64,000 nucleotides of DNA from Callorhinchus milii (taxonomy: Eukaryota), in assembly GCF_018977255.1 (NCBI RefSeq), contig NW_024704751.1:16554001-16618000 (forward strand). The letters are read 5' to 3'. Positions 11,201 through 27,947 of this stretch are shown piece after piece (the first letter of the stretch is position 1; each line of letters begins with the position of its first letter). The notes under the pieces were generated by a model, which did no database searches, was not told the DNA's origin, and saw nothing but the letters and a program-made list of their open reading frames with translations. The translations under genes and the position numbers were made by a program.

Positions 11201-13577
11201 TCCGAATGAGGTTCAGCTCCTTTTTCCTCTTCCTGCTCTATGCTATCTGGTAAATGGCCATTTTCCACCTCTTCCCGCTTGTCATTGTGCCAGAGTGGGA
11301 AAAATGATGTACTCCTCCCCGAGATCTCTTCTCCTGTAGCTGTGTAAATAGATTCCTCTTGTTCCAGCAGTTCTGAGGTCTCATACTGGAATGGTACATT
11401 ACCATAACGTCTGTTGGAGCTAGTTTTAGGGAATTTTAAGTCCAGTTTTGTGATGATGCGAGGTGGCAGCCTGCAGGCCTGGATCAGCTCTAGGAAAACT
11501 CTCACTGGTGTTCCCACATTCCCATTGGGCATCAGAGCAGGAGGATTCAACTCTGGCAGTCTGGACAAATCGTGTTGTGTGAAGATCTCGCTCTGAGCCT
11601 TCTTATTCTGCAACTCCAGTTTAGTTTTGTAGGGGAAGAGGTTCAAATCTATTTTGAATGAAAAATGTTTTTAGAAGTGTATTCAAAGAGAAACAACTTA
11701 AAATTCCATACAACAGAGATGTAACAACTGCAATAGGAAACACCATTCTTCCCAATGCAATACACTCAACCCAACTAAAAGTTGGGTTTTTGCTCAAAGA
11801 TAGCAATCAAATTATACACCAGCCGCTGCCCGGACACAACTGACACTGTGACTATCTAAATATTTTTCTTCTTCAGCCGGGTGTTCAACACACGTGGAAA
11901 CCCATCACCATGCTTAAGAGTATCTTGCAGGATTAACAAGAATCCCTGGGGAGAAACCAGTCTGCCTTTCCATGTCCTGCTGATAAGCCAGGCTGACCTG
12001 GGCTGTCGTTTGCAGTGTTCTGGGGATCTGCCTGACTCAGGAACTGGACTGTTGAGATCACCACAGAAGATTCTGTTGCTAAACATGTCACCCTGGAGAC
12101 AGTTCTGTTCCAAGGAGGCTCCGCTTACCTCCCCACCAAGGAGGATAATCACTAAATGGTCATTTGACATCGGGCAAACACTGGTTTGAGCCCTAACGAG
12201 GTGGATGGGTACCACAAACTCTCTGCGAGCTTCCCGGTAGGCAACACAGCTCACCATGAAATAATAATAATAACCCTTGCATTTCATATAGCGCTTTTCA
12301 CGGCTTCTCGACGTCCCGAAGCGCTTCACAGAATATACTGTAAAGTGAATTGACCGTATATTTGTGGGCGAACGCGGCAGCCAATTGCGCACAGCAATGT
12401 CCCACAAACAGTCGTGGATTGAAAATGACCAATTTATTATTGTTTTGTTTTGGAGGGATTATTATTAGGCTCTGTGTGGAGTAAGGAAACTTGCCCAAGG
12501 TTTCGCCCTCTGCCTGGGATTGAACCCCAGGTCTCTCGCTCGCAAAGCGAGAGCTCTAACCACTGAGCCACAGAGACTCCGTGTCACCGTCTTCGTGACC
12601 ACAGCTCAGGGACACCCTTTCAACAACAACAACAACAACGACAACAAGGTTACTTTTTGTACAGAGCCTTTCACGTCGGGAGGACGTCCCGAGGCGCTTT
12701 CCCACTGAACGACGGCTCCCGGCCGCCAGCGGCGGGGGTACAGCTTGAGGGAGCAGCAGCGGTTCGCCCCTCTGCTGCCGCACAAGCAACAACAACAACA
12801 ACAACAAGATTCCATTTATAAAGCGCCTTTCACGTCAGGAGGACGTCCCGAGGCGCTGCACAGTTGGGTCAGCAGGGGGGGAAATGGTCAGGGTGAGGGG
12901 AGGGAAGGGAGGGGGCGAGGAGGGGGGAAATGGTGAGGGTAAGGGGAGGGAAGGGGCGAGGAGGGGGGAAATGATCAGGGTGAGGGGAGGGAGGGAGCGA
13001 GGAGGGGGGAAATGGTCAGGGTGAGGGGAGGGAGGGAGCGAGGAGGGGGGAAATGGTCAGGGTGAGGGGAGGGAAGGGAGGGGGCGAGGAGGGGGAAATG
13101 GTCAGGGGGAGGGGAGGGAAGGGAGGGGGCGAGGAGGGGGAAGAGAGTCGAGAGGGGAGCTGAAGGCTGAAGGTCAAAGAGAAAGGCTGAAGCGATGAAT
13201 TCCGCGGCTTTTTTTAAAAAAAAATCGACGTTACCCGCCGCCTCTGCCGCTCTCACCCTCCGAACCAGGCAACGACTCCGCAGCCAGGACCCGGCCCGGT
13301 CCACCCACTGGCGGCCGCTGTACATGTCGATGAAGGCCGAGGCCCTGTGGGCGGGGAGGCTGACCACACAGCAGCAGCAGGAGGAGGAGGAGGAGGAGGC
13401 CGCCGCCGCCCGGGACCGGGTCCGCCCCGGGGCCTGGGGTTGCGGTCGGTGCCGATAGTGGAAACACGCGAAGCCGCCGCTCTCTGTGAACTGCGAGAAG
13501 TAATTCCTGAGGTCGGCGGAGCGCAGGGCGCGCGGGATGTCACAGACCGCCAGACAGACGCAGCCTCTCGCCGCCAT
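8272..13577 (-). CDS. GPATCH3: G-patch domain-containing protein 3, 7 coding exons, 496 aa
   Basis: Exons 13235-13577, 11197-11648, 10351-10525, 10189-10248, 9023-9144, 8789-8916, 8272-8482; all GT-AG, total 1491 nt in frame. Motifs LPELNPP..MP.GNVGTP, EEWERHEALHEDVT, LKWEKGGSGLVFYTDAQ and the G-patch GW.EG.GLG...KRGLGYHGEKLQ match recalled human GPATCH3. Confidence 0.96.
12787..13190 (-). mobile_element. Young L2 3' fragment with expanded purine-rich 3' UTR minisatellite (duplicate copy at about 1090-1495)
   Basis: Reverse complement is nearly identical to 60200-60430; about 39-bp unit gaggaggggggaaatggtcagggtgaggggagggaaggg repeated about 7 times. Confidence 0.9.
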
Positions 13578-15120
13578 CTTTGATCCTGGCGGAGCGCTGG
13601 CGGCACATGCGCACAGCTCGCCCGGCGGGGGCGGAAGGGGAGGGGTTGAACGGTACCATCTTTGATCCTGGCAAACAGGGCCGAATTGGCAACTTGTCTC
13701 TCGATCGCTGGGGGTGTACGTTAGTTTCTCTTTCCCGGCAGCGTCGTGAGACCCTTTGAACTCAAGGTCCGAAAACTTTGCACCTTGGAGTATTGGACAA
13801 CATTTTTGAAAAAAAAAACTACACGATGTAAAATACTTGACATAAAATACCAGCGATGCCCGAGAGGGGGAATTGCAGTGCTGGGGGAGCGGCTATGCTG
13901 TCAGTGGTGCCAACCTTCAGATGAGACATGGGGGTGGGGTGGGGTCGGGGTCGGAGAGGGTCGAGGGCAGCGGGGGATGAAGATGACCGAAGGCGCGGTC
14001 TTCAAGGAGGCACGGCGGGAGGGGAAGAGGCGGAGGGACTGCGGGATGAAGGTCCAGCGGGCAGGGGCGGAGTGGGCAGAATAATAATAATAATAATAAT
14101 AATCCTTGCATTTGATATAGCGCTTTTCACGTCGGGAGGACGTCCCAAAGCGCTTCACAGAACACACTGTAAAGTGAATTGACTGTATATTTGTGGGCAA
14201 ACGCGGCAGCCAATTGCGCACAGCAATGTCCCACAAACAGTCGTAGATTGAAAATGACCAATTTATTATTGTTTTGGGTTTTGGAGGGATTATTATTAGG
14301 CTCTGTGTGGAGTAAAGAAACTTGCCCAAGGTTTCGCCCTGACCTGGAATTGAACTCAGGTCTCTCACTTGCAAAGCGAGTGCTCTAACCACTGAGCCAC
14401 AGGACTCCAGAAGGCCCGCCCGTCAATGGTGGGGCGATCGAGGCGGGGGGATGGAGGCGGGGGATGTGTCGCAGGATGGAGCCCGCCGAGCAGAGGTTGG
14501 AAGTGGGTCAGGAGGTCGCGGTGGTAGGGGGAGCAAAGCCATGGAGAGCTTGGAAGGCGAGGACCAGGATCTTGAGCTGTATCCTGTGTGTGGTGGGAAA
14601 GCCAGTGGAGTCGGGACTTGTACAAGGTTAGCTCTCATCCAGCGCTTTGGGATGTCTTCCCGACATGAAAGGCGCTCTATAAGGGTAATTTTGTTGTTGA
14701 CGTCTGACTTACAAACACAGTCACTATGCTTTATAGTAACTCCTGCAAAATCCCTTAAGGTATTTTGATAACTTCATAAGCTACTATATCTAATGCAAGT
14801 ATTTTTTAATAAAAAAATAAAATGTGTAGTTTGATACAGCAATGTTGCATTTGGTTGCAGAATCATTGCTGCTTGGAGAGGGAGAGCGGCCGAGGTGGCC
14901 GGTGTTGATTTTTAAAGTCTCTGAATTCATTGCAATGGTGTATTTAAATTCCTTACTCAGTAATACCCAACATATGCAAAATACTTTTATTTATGATAAA
15001 AAATAAATTAATACAAAACAAATTGTTCACAAAATGGAGGAGGTAAAATCACAGAGGAAAAGGAGTAGATGAGAGAAGCAGCAGTACCCTAGCTGTTGAT
15101 CTCACTCCCACCCCCGTTCT

Positions 15121-16717
15121 TCATTGCTTGGTGTAAAACATCTGGATAAGCAGCTGGTTTATTTCAGTGCTCCCAATCACAGGCCTGAAAAAGAGCTCAG
15201 TGACAACACCAGCGCTGATGGTTCTCAGTGCAGATACAGTGAGTAAGATAGGGGCTAAGCGGCTTGTATCCTTAGGTTGGAGGGGTACTAGGACCTCATG
15301 GAGCACTCGCTGGGCTTCCCTTTGCAGGCTCTGGACGTATAGAGTAGCTTGTAGTCCTGGCAGGTCTGGAAAGTACATTAATATAAGAATAATTATCCTG
15401 CATTTTAATAATAATAATCCTCGCATTTGATATAGCACCTTATCACAATCTTGAGACGTTTCACAGCACTTCACAGATTATACTAGAAAGTGAATTGATT
15501 GTATATTTTGTGGGCGAAACATACTCTTTTACACAGTCTTTATATGTTGAAAGTGTCAAAGTGCTTCACAGGTAATTGCTTTCTACTGCATATTTGTAGG
15601 CAAATAGAGACTTTACCAATCAAAGATAATATACAATAATCCTTGCATTTGATAATGCACTTAAATAATAATAATAACAATTGTATTTGATATAGCACCT
15701 TATGTCTTCGAGACGTCTCAAAGCGTTTCACAGAATATACTGTAAAGTGAATTGACTGGATATTTTGTGGGTGAAACGCGGCAGCCAATTGCGCACAGCA
15801 GTAGCCCAACATCATATCTTTGAAAAGTCTGTATAATTACTCTGTATTTTGTAGGTGAATACCACAGCAAATTTGCACACAGCGTGACTGGAGTGAATGA
15901 CCGATTGTATTTGAGGGCTTGTTGGCTAGGACACTGGAAGAAACTCACTTCCCCTTTTTTGAATAGAATCATGGATCTTTATTGCCCATCAAAAAACAGA
16001 GAAATGGGACTGAGGTTTAACATCTCATCCGAAAGATGGCTCCTCAATTCAAGTGGAGGAACAAGCACCAGCACCACAAGGGCCAGATGACCTCTTTCTG
16101 CAAGTTCTTTAAATCTGTATCAAGGTCTGCAGGCCCTGCATGCATAGGCAGCACCAGAATAAACACCAGTACTCACCAGCACTGAAGAGAACAGCTCCCT
16201 TCAGGTAAGCAAACTCCTTGGGTGTTAGGTCCAAATCCCAGAACTTGTTCAGGCACAGTTTTATTCTCTGCACATCAGCTATGGAAGGTTGTGTACTCTC
16301 AGCTCCCACCACGCCAGGTAGCTCTTTTCCATTCAATAGGAGTCTTTTGAGCAAACTTTGCACTGGGATCTCAACTACCTCAAAATTCACTCCCTCCTGA
16401 GCCAATCCCAGCAGGAAGAGAGGGGCCCAGCATGACCCCAGCAGCAACAGCTGGTCCTCTTTGGGTAGATGGTGGAATGAAGGGAGATTCTGCATGAAAC
16501 TGACCGTCTTCACGAGTACCTCAATGACTGTGGGACAGGTGATGTGGGGAGTCTTCAGACACACCGTCCTCTTGATTTGACAGGTACAGCTGTGATGAGA
16601 GAACTGGGAGTGTGGCTTGACAACAGCCTGCTGGCTGAGGATATTATAGAGGATTGCATTCCGTCCATACCTAGAGGCACAGTGGCACTTATCAAGCAAC
16701 ATGTTGACACAAGCCAT
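15121..16717 (-). CDS. NR0B2: Small heterodimer partner (SHP), orphan nuclear receptor lacking a DNA-binding domain, 2 exons, 261 aa
   Basis: Exons 16177-16717 (GTGAGT donor) and 15121-15365. NR boxes ILYNIL and LLKRLL; LBD motifs [49 protein letters not shown]. Position between GPATCH3 and NUDC is as in human. Confidence 0.96.
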
Positions 16718-16905
16718 GATCCGACCCTTAACTTCTCAAAATCCAGAAGCTCATCAGTGGCCCGACGGATTACTTAAAATCTGATTTTTTTTAAAACTTG
16801 AAATAAAACTACTAAGCACTTTGTTTCCAAGTCCAGGGTAATTGTATTGTACTGCACCCTACCATCCCTCAGCATAGAATCCTAACCACACACTGGTTTC
16901 CACAG

Positions 16906-16947
16906 TATTTATACAGAGTTTTCATTCAGTAAGTCAGATGACCTTGG
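16906..16947 (-). promoter_or_regulatory. NR0B2 core promoter: TATAAATA (16906-16913) and NR5A/ERR site CCAAGGTCA (16939-16947)
   Basis: Both motifs read directly on the minus strand, about 190-230 nt upstream of the ATG. LRH-1 (NR5A2) is an established SHP activator in mammals. Confidence 0.6.
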
Positions 16948-18179
16948 CCTCAACCAACAGCCGCTTTCATTGAAAAACAAGCTGGCCATGACAAATTGGC
17001 TTGGAGATTGCCTCTACTCAGGCAGGCCACAGATAAGTTTCCTTCAATGAACCACAGCTCAGTGGGATTGAAGCACTCTTATCTAGATTATCTGATCTCA
17101 TGTAGACAGCCTGTAAACACAGCCTGTAAACCCAACCTGTACCAGGCTGTCAAGGACTAGAGGTAATTACACACTGAGAACTCGTGTGTCAGTTAGGTTC
17201 AGTGGTAGCACTCTCTCCTCTGCGTCAGAAGGTTGTGGGTTCAAATCTCAGATTGGTACTTGAAATCATATAGTCTAAACTGACACTGTAATGCAGTTCT
17301 GGGGGAGTGTTGCATTTTTGGGGATGCCATCCTTCGGATGAGACTTTAAACTGAGGTACTGTCTTGTCTGCCTGTTCAGGTGAATGTTAAAGGCACTATT
17401 CGAAAAAAGAAGGGTCCCAGTGTCCTGACCAACAACTCCCCCAGATAAAACAATCATCGTTTCATGGCTGTTTGTGGGATATTGCTGTACACAATTGTGC
17501 TGCTGTGTTTACCTACAAATTCACAATCACTCCATAGTAATCCCTGTGAAGTGCTTTGAGACATCCTTCCGACATATGTTGCTAAACCAAATGCAAGATT
17601 ATTATTAATATTAATAAAACCAGCAAACTACCGCCTGTCAGTTACAGAATGTAACTTCTGTCTATATTTAGATAAGATGTTTGCTGCCACACCTGAGGTA
17701 ATGTGCTTGTAAACCAGAGTGAACCCATCTTGTGATGCAAACTATTCATTTTGAATGAAATTACTTAACTTACCGTTCTCTCACTCAGACACTAACTTAT
17801 TTTCATTTTATTCATACCAGAAAGGCTCTACAGCTATTCCCCAAATGCTGGACCCTAACTGAGATTCATTATTGGTCTGGCCATTACTACATGTCTCCTC
17901 CCTGAATACGTTTGCTCAATCTCTTTGTAAGACTTTGCTTTGTATATTGTCTCAGAGGGTATAAAGGAAGAACCGGGTGTAGAATCTGCTCAGCTCATAA
18001 TCTCTCCACCACCAGCCAATCCAGGTCAGGCCTCCCTCAACGCCAAGGCTGCAAATCATCTGGATAGGCCTGTGTTTTAGTGCATATAACCTGTCAGTGG
18101 TAGTTCACTCTTGCAAATTGATGTTGTTGTTGAAACCATCGCTATTGTCCTTGTAACTGGCTCATGCTTGTGTCAAATC

Positions 18180-18540
18180 CCTTCACTCTCTGGCACCTCC
18201 CTACCTCTCCGACCTCCTCCTCGCTCCCCATTCCACCATTCGGCGCCTCCGCTCGACTGGCACCGGCCTCCTGCTCGTCCCTCACACCCCATCGGCCCCA
18301 CCATCGGAGGTCGCGCTTTCAGCCACTACACCCCAAAACTCTGGAACACTCTCCCTCAATCCCTCCCTCCCGCCTTGCCCCCCCCCCCCCCTTTCAAGTC
18401 CCGCCTAAAAACTTTCCTCTTCGACCGTGCTAACGGCCCCCCTCGCCCCCGGCTCGAGTCAGGCTCCAATACCGTTAAGCGCTCTGAGACGCTACCCTGC
18501 GTGGAGGGTGCCACATAAGTGCAAGTTGTTGTTGTTGGTG
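18180..18540 (+). mobile_element. Older L2 3' fragment (representative of many)
   Basis: Encodes [20 protein letters not shown]...[13 protein letters not shown] plus (GTT)n tail. Similar pieces at about 10790-11100, 19860-20030, 28620-28790, 31400-31680, 32040-32265, 33300-33545, 33980-34150, 34500-34830, 37290-37770, 44560-44780. Confidence 0.8.
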
Positions 18541-18899
18541 GTGTTTGGTTGTTGGGGCGCGATTGCTTGCTGCTATCTGAGGCGAGGTCGCTCAGGGCCT
18601 GATTGGTTTGCGGCCCTAGTTGATAGCTGGCACCCAGTTCAACACTGACTGATCGTACGTACATAACACTCCTCACCAGGATAACGTCTTGTGGGGTTGG
18701 TGGACGCGACACTGCATCGTTCCTGGGATGAGATGTTACTGTAATGTACATTGTGCCGAGGCAGCCTCATCAGGTGGGCGTTAACGATCCAGTGACACGA
18801 TTGGACCAACAGAAGGGCACTCCTCTCAATGTGCTGAACAGCAATCAATTTAACAGTCACTTCTTGGAATGAAGCTCTCCGCGCAGCCCGTGTTTATGG

Positions 18900-19127
18900 G
18901 CCCGGTTGCTAAGGGCCCGGTTCCCGCGGCCGCCACCTGAAGCGGAGGGAAACCCTGGTCCCGCCCACTTTCCTCTGATTGGCGCGGCGTCGGGCGTCCC
19001 GCGAGCGCCGGTTGCTGATTGGCTCCTCGGACTGCCCGTCAGATCGCTGACCCCCCGGAGTCAGTGTTTCCGGGTCAGCACCGGCCTGCAGCGTGGAAGC
19101 ATCCGAGCCGCACTCCGACAGACAGCC
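18900..19127 (+). promoter_or_regulatory. NUDC CpG-island promoter
   Basis: CpG-rich; GC box CCCGCCC near 18960, two reverse CCAAT (GATTGG) near 18977 and 19017, ETS-like TTCCGG near 19068. Confidence 0.6.
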
Positions 19128-24397
<5,270 letters not shown>

Positions 24398-27300
24398 AGG
24401 TGTCTTAACCTCTTTAGGGACAAGGGGAAAACAATAATTATTTAAGAGTTTCACAGATTTCTACTGAACACCCTCTGAGCTGAGCTTTGTCCCACTTGTG
24501 CATCTTGTCGTCCAGGTTACTCACTGAAGGTGCATGTTTCTCGTCTCGTCTGGGCAGCAGACTGATAGCTGCAGGGCAGTCCCCCAGCTTCTCCAAGCAG
24601 CTTGTGCGATCAGCTCCATCTATGTGTTTCCTGATGTATACAGGGCACTGAGTTTGACCCAAGCGGGTGATGCGGTTTCCCAGCTGTAAACACAACTGAA
24701 CCTTTCATTATCTTCTTCCTTACTGGAGATGAACCAGAGAGTACTGAGGGAGACTTGAGCCCTCAGTCCACTAAGCTTATTTATTCCAGTGTTTACCATT
24801 GTGCCTCTATAACTCTTTTCCAATAAATATATCTGTGTTTATGTGTGAGATCTACCCCGCTTAGCAAGGATTAGAATCCAGTGATCCCCTTCACCATTGA
24901 TAGTGAGGATGCTCTAGACCTTGGTCTTATACAGTTGTGCAGCTAGTAATGTACAACAGTAGCTTTCATTTCCCTTCACCCATTCTCTGGTTGCTTCTCA
25001 TTTTGAATTTGAACCTCCCTGGTGTGTTCGTACCAGTAAGAAATTCCTTCTACTCGTGTATTGAAATGATTCAGTGAGTTCTATGCAAATTCCATCGAGC
25101 TAACTGCCTGCTGGGTTGTTGTTGGCTGCCGTCTCCTGTTCGGTTCTATTGTTGGAAAACTGTTTCCTCCCTCTCATGTGTTGGTTGCTCCCTAGCTGCC
25201 CTGGCTGTGCTAAGAGGTTTTTCATCCTTTGTTGGCATCCTTTGAAGGTTAGTTTAAAGATTGAGGTCATTGCTCTCCATTTCTTTGTCCCAATGTTTCC
25301 CAGTCAATAACACTGACTGGCTAACGCAGTGGGCATTGGTAGGACATCCTTGTCCACTATTAACATTTTTTTAAAGTTTGTTTTCATTGATGAACTTCCA
25401 GAACATTCATCTCAATAAACCTGATCTGCAGTTCTTGTATTGATTGATTTTTTTCCCTCTCTATGTGTACTCTCATCATAGAACATTCTAGAACATCTCT
25501 CCTCCAATTGTCAAAACTATTTCGCGTTTCCTCTAGTTGCCGAATTAACAATAACATACTTGTCATTGACCCCCTTTTTAATTTCATGGAAATTTGACAC
25601 AAGGTTTAACTGAAGGTTATATCTCAATAAGAACATGAAGATTTTACTGTGGAGCAGAGGTCATCCATTGTTGCCTGGCAACATGTGGGTATTAGTGCTG
25701 AGGGTCCTAAGTCTACCTGGTGATGTTTTTTAAAATGAGAAGTGCTCGGGGAACCTGATATTTGTATGAAACACAAAAATCTAATCAAAGGACATCAGCT
25801 GGCAGCTTGTCTGTTTTCCACAAGCAATGGAAGGTCATAATACCTCTAGAATTGATTGAGGTAAAGGGGTGGGGGGGGGGGGGCGTGTGAACTGGTGGTG
25901 TATAGGCAGCTCCCTAACTGTTAAAGCTCACCCTGCATGCTCAGGCCTGGGCTTGACACAATTGACTGGGAGCCTGAGCTTGGGGGGAGGGGGTAAGAAG
26001 GAGCCCAACAAACATGGTGAAAGCAATCCATCTTAAATGAGGTTTTGAAGATGGGTGAAAGGATTCCTGCATGGCGTTCCAAAGAACAGCTTAGCCCACC
26101 TCAATAGCTGGTGTTGGGTGAGGGTCTCGGGCAGGGGCATGAAGCAGGCCAGGTGGGCAGCTGCCTAGTCTGCAATCAACTGGTGCAACCGTGGGGGCGG
26201 GGGGATGTAACACAAGGCTTCCCCCACCTCTGGAACGGCAGTCCACAACCAACAACAGCAGCATTTAAATAGCATCCTTCACATAGGATGTCTCGGAGTG
26301 CTGGAAGTCAGAAGAGAGCAGCTTGTGATAGATTGTTAATGGAAATCATTTCTGAGCACAGTCGGATTTTCCCAGGATCATTTGTGCTAACATCTTGGAG
26401 CTTGATGCTGACAGAGGAACCATTTGCTTCCCCAGCACGGCGTCAGCCTTTTTCCTAGGCCATATTCAGCTGGGAAACATCCCTTGTCCAACTCAGCCAT
26501 TCCTGAGGAAAGGAACCCAGGTTGAGCTCAAAGCACATTCAGATAATGGGTGTAATGAGGTTATTTATACTTCAGTGGAAGTTGGTGAATGACCCTTGGA
26601 CCAACAGTTGAACGATTGGAGCGCAGAGCCTGTCCTTGTGCTAATCAGCCACCTGAATACCGATGAACCGCAAACTGGGGAAAACAAGTTCGATTACTTC
26701 CTTTGCCAATCATTAAACAAACAGCTATGACTCCTGTGACTCCACTGAATGAGACGGAGCACAACCAACAGCTCCATTAGAACCTTAGATATTTTGCAGC
26801 ACAGAAGGAAGACGTGGTCCATTGTGTCTGTCTGGCTCAGAGTAATCCTCAAGGGCAATCATTTCAGTCCCACTCTCCCAACTCATACTCCAGTTGCTGA
26901 CTCTATTTAAGATACTTGTCTCATTCCCCCTTGAAAGTCAATATGGATTTTGCCTCAACCAATGCTCCTCAGTGGCACCGGCATTTTCTCAGAAACAGCC
27001 AGGAGGAAAGTCCAAGTTACATGGAGGATAATTGGTTAGGATACTAGATAAAAATCTCTTTTCCAATACCGTCATAAGATCTTTAACATGCAGACAGGTC
27101 CTCGGTTTAACAGCTCATCCAAGTACGGCACCTCCAACAATGCAGCGCTCCCATTGCACTTTACTGAAGCATCAGCCTAGACTGTTACATTACACAATCA
27201 AGAGATTTGAACCTACAACCTTCTGACCTGGAGGCCAGAGCATGATTGACTGAACTCGGATGGCACGGTGGGGAGAAGTGCATGTGAAGAATGAAAGTCC

Positions 27301-27947
27301 AACTCGGAATAAATGTGGGGCTGCAGCTGTATAGCAAACTGGTCTTATTCTGTGGTTATGCCTCGCTGGCATCCAACTTAAGAGGCTGCAGATGAAAGCT
27401 TAGCTTTTATTGAAGGTTTCAGTGGTACATTATTTTCCACATTCCAGGTGGAGTTAGAATTCCTGCTTTAAAATAAAAGGCACCAAATTAAAAACCTCCT
27501 AGCTTCTGGAGGTTAAAGAAACTGTACAATCTCAATGGACCCCAGCAGCCCCTCCCCCAGTACCAGACAGAAAATTTCATCAATTATTTACAACGCTTCT
27601 CTCCCTCCGCCCCCGGCTGTCCCACTCCCCTCTTGCAGTCCTCTCCTCCAGGCACTTCCTGGACACAGCCCTCTGGCTGGGTCACCAGAAGTAAGGCATC
27701 GTTCTTGTAACAGGCTCCAAGACACAACCGGCGTGACTGGGACCGGGTCTGCTCCGTGCAACAGCTCAGACACAGCATTTGCAGCCCCGCGGAACCAAGG
27801 TGCAGGGCTCCTCTATTCATAGAGATGTTCTCTCACACCCTGGGAAGCAGCGATGGAGTCTATTATATCTATTTTCAGTAGCTTGTGGATCCTCATCCCA
27901 TGGCTTTCAGATTCCTTTGTTCCCGGTGGTGGGTGTATGTGGTGGCT

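Noticed and set aside
12715-12785. CTCF-like motifs in the GC-rich patch of GPATCH3 intron 1
   Set aside because: CAGCAGAGGGGCG deviates from the core spacing; too weak without a PWM scan or ChIP data.
16725-16760. Hammerhead-like CTGATGA plus stem (GCTTCT/AGAAGT) in the NR0B2 5' UTR, minus strand
   Set aside because: The required GAAA after stem II is absent (TAAG), and no stems I or III are evident.
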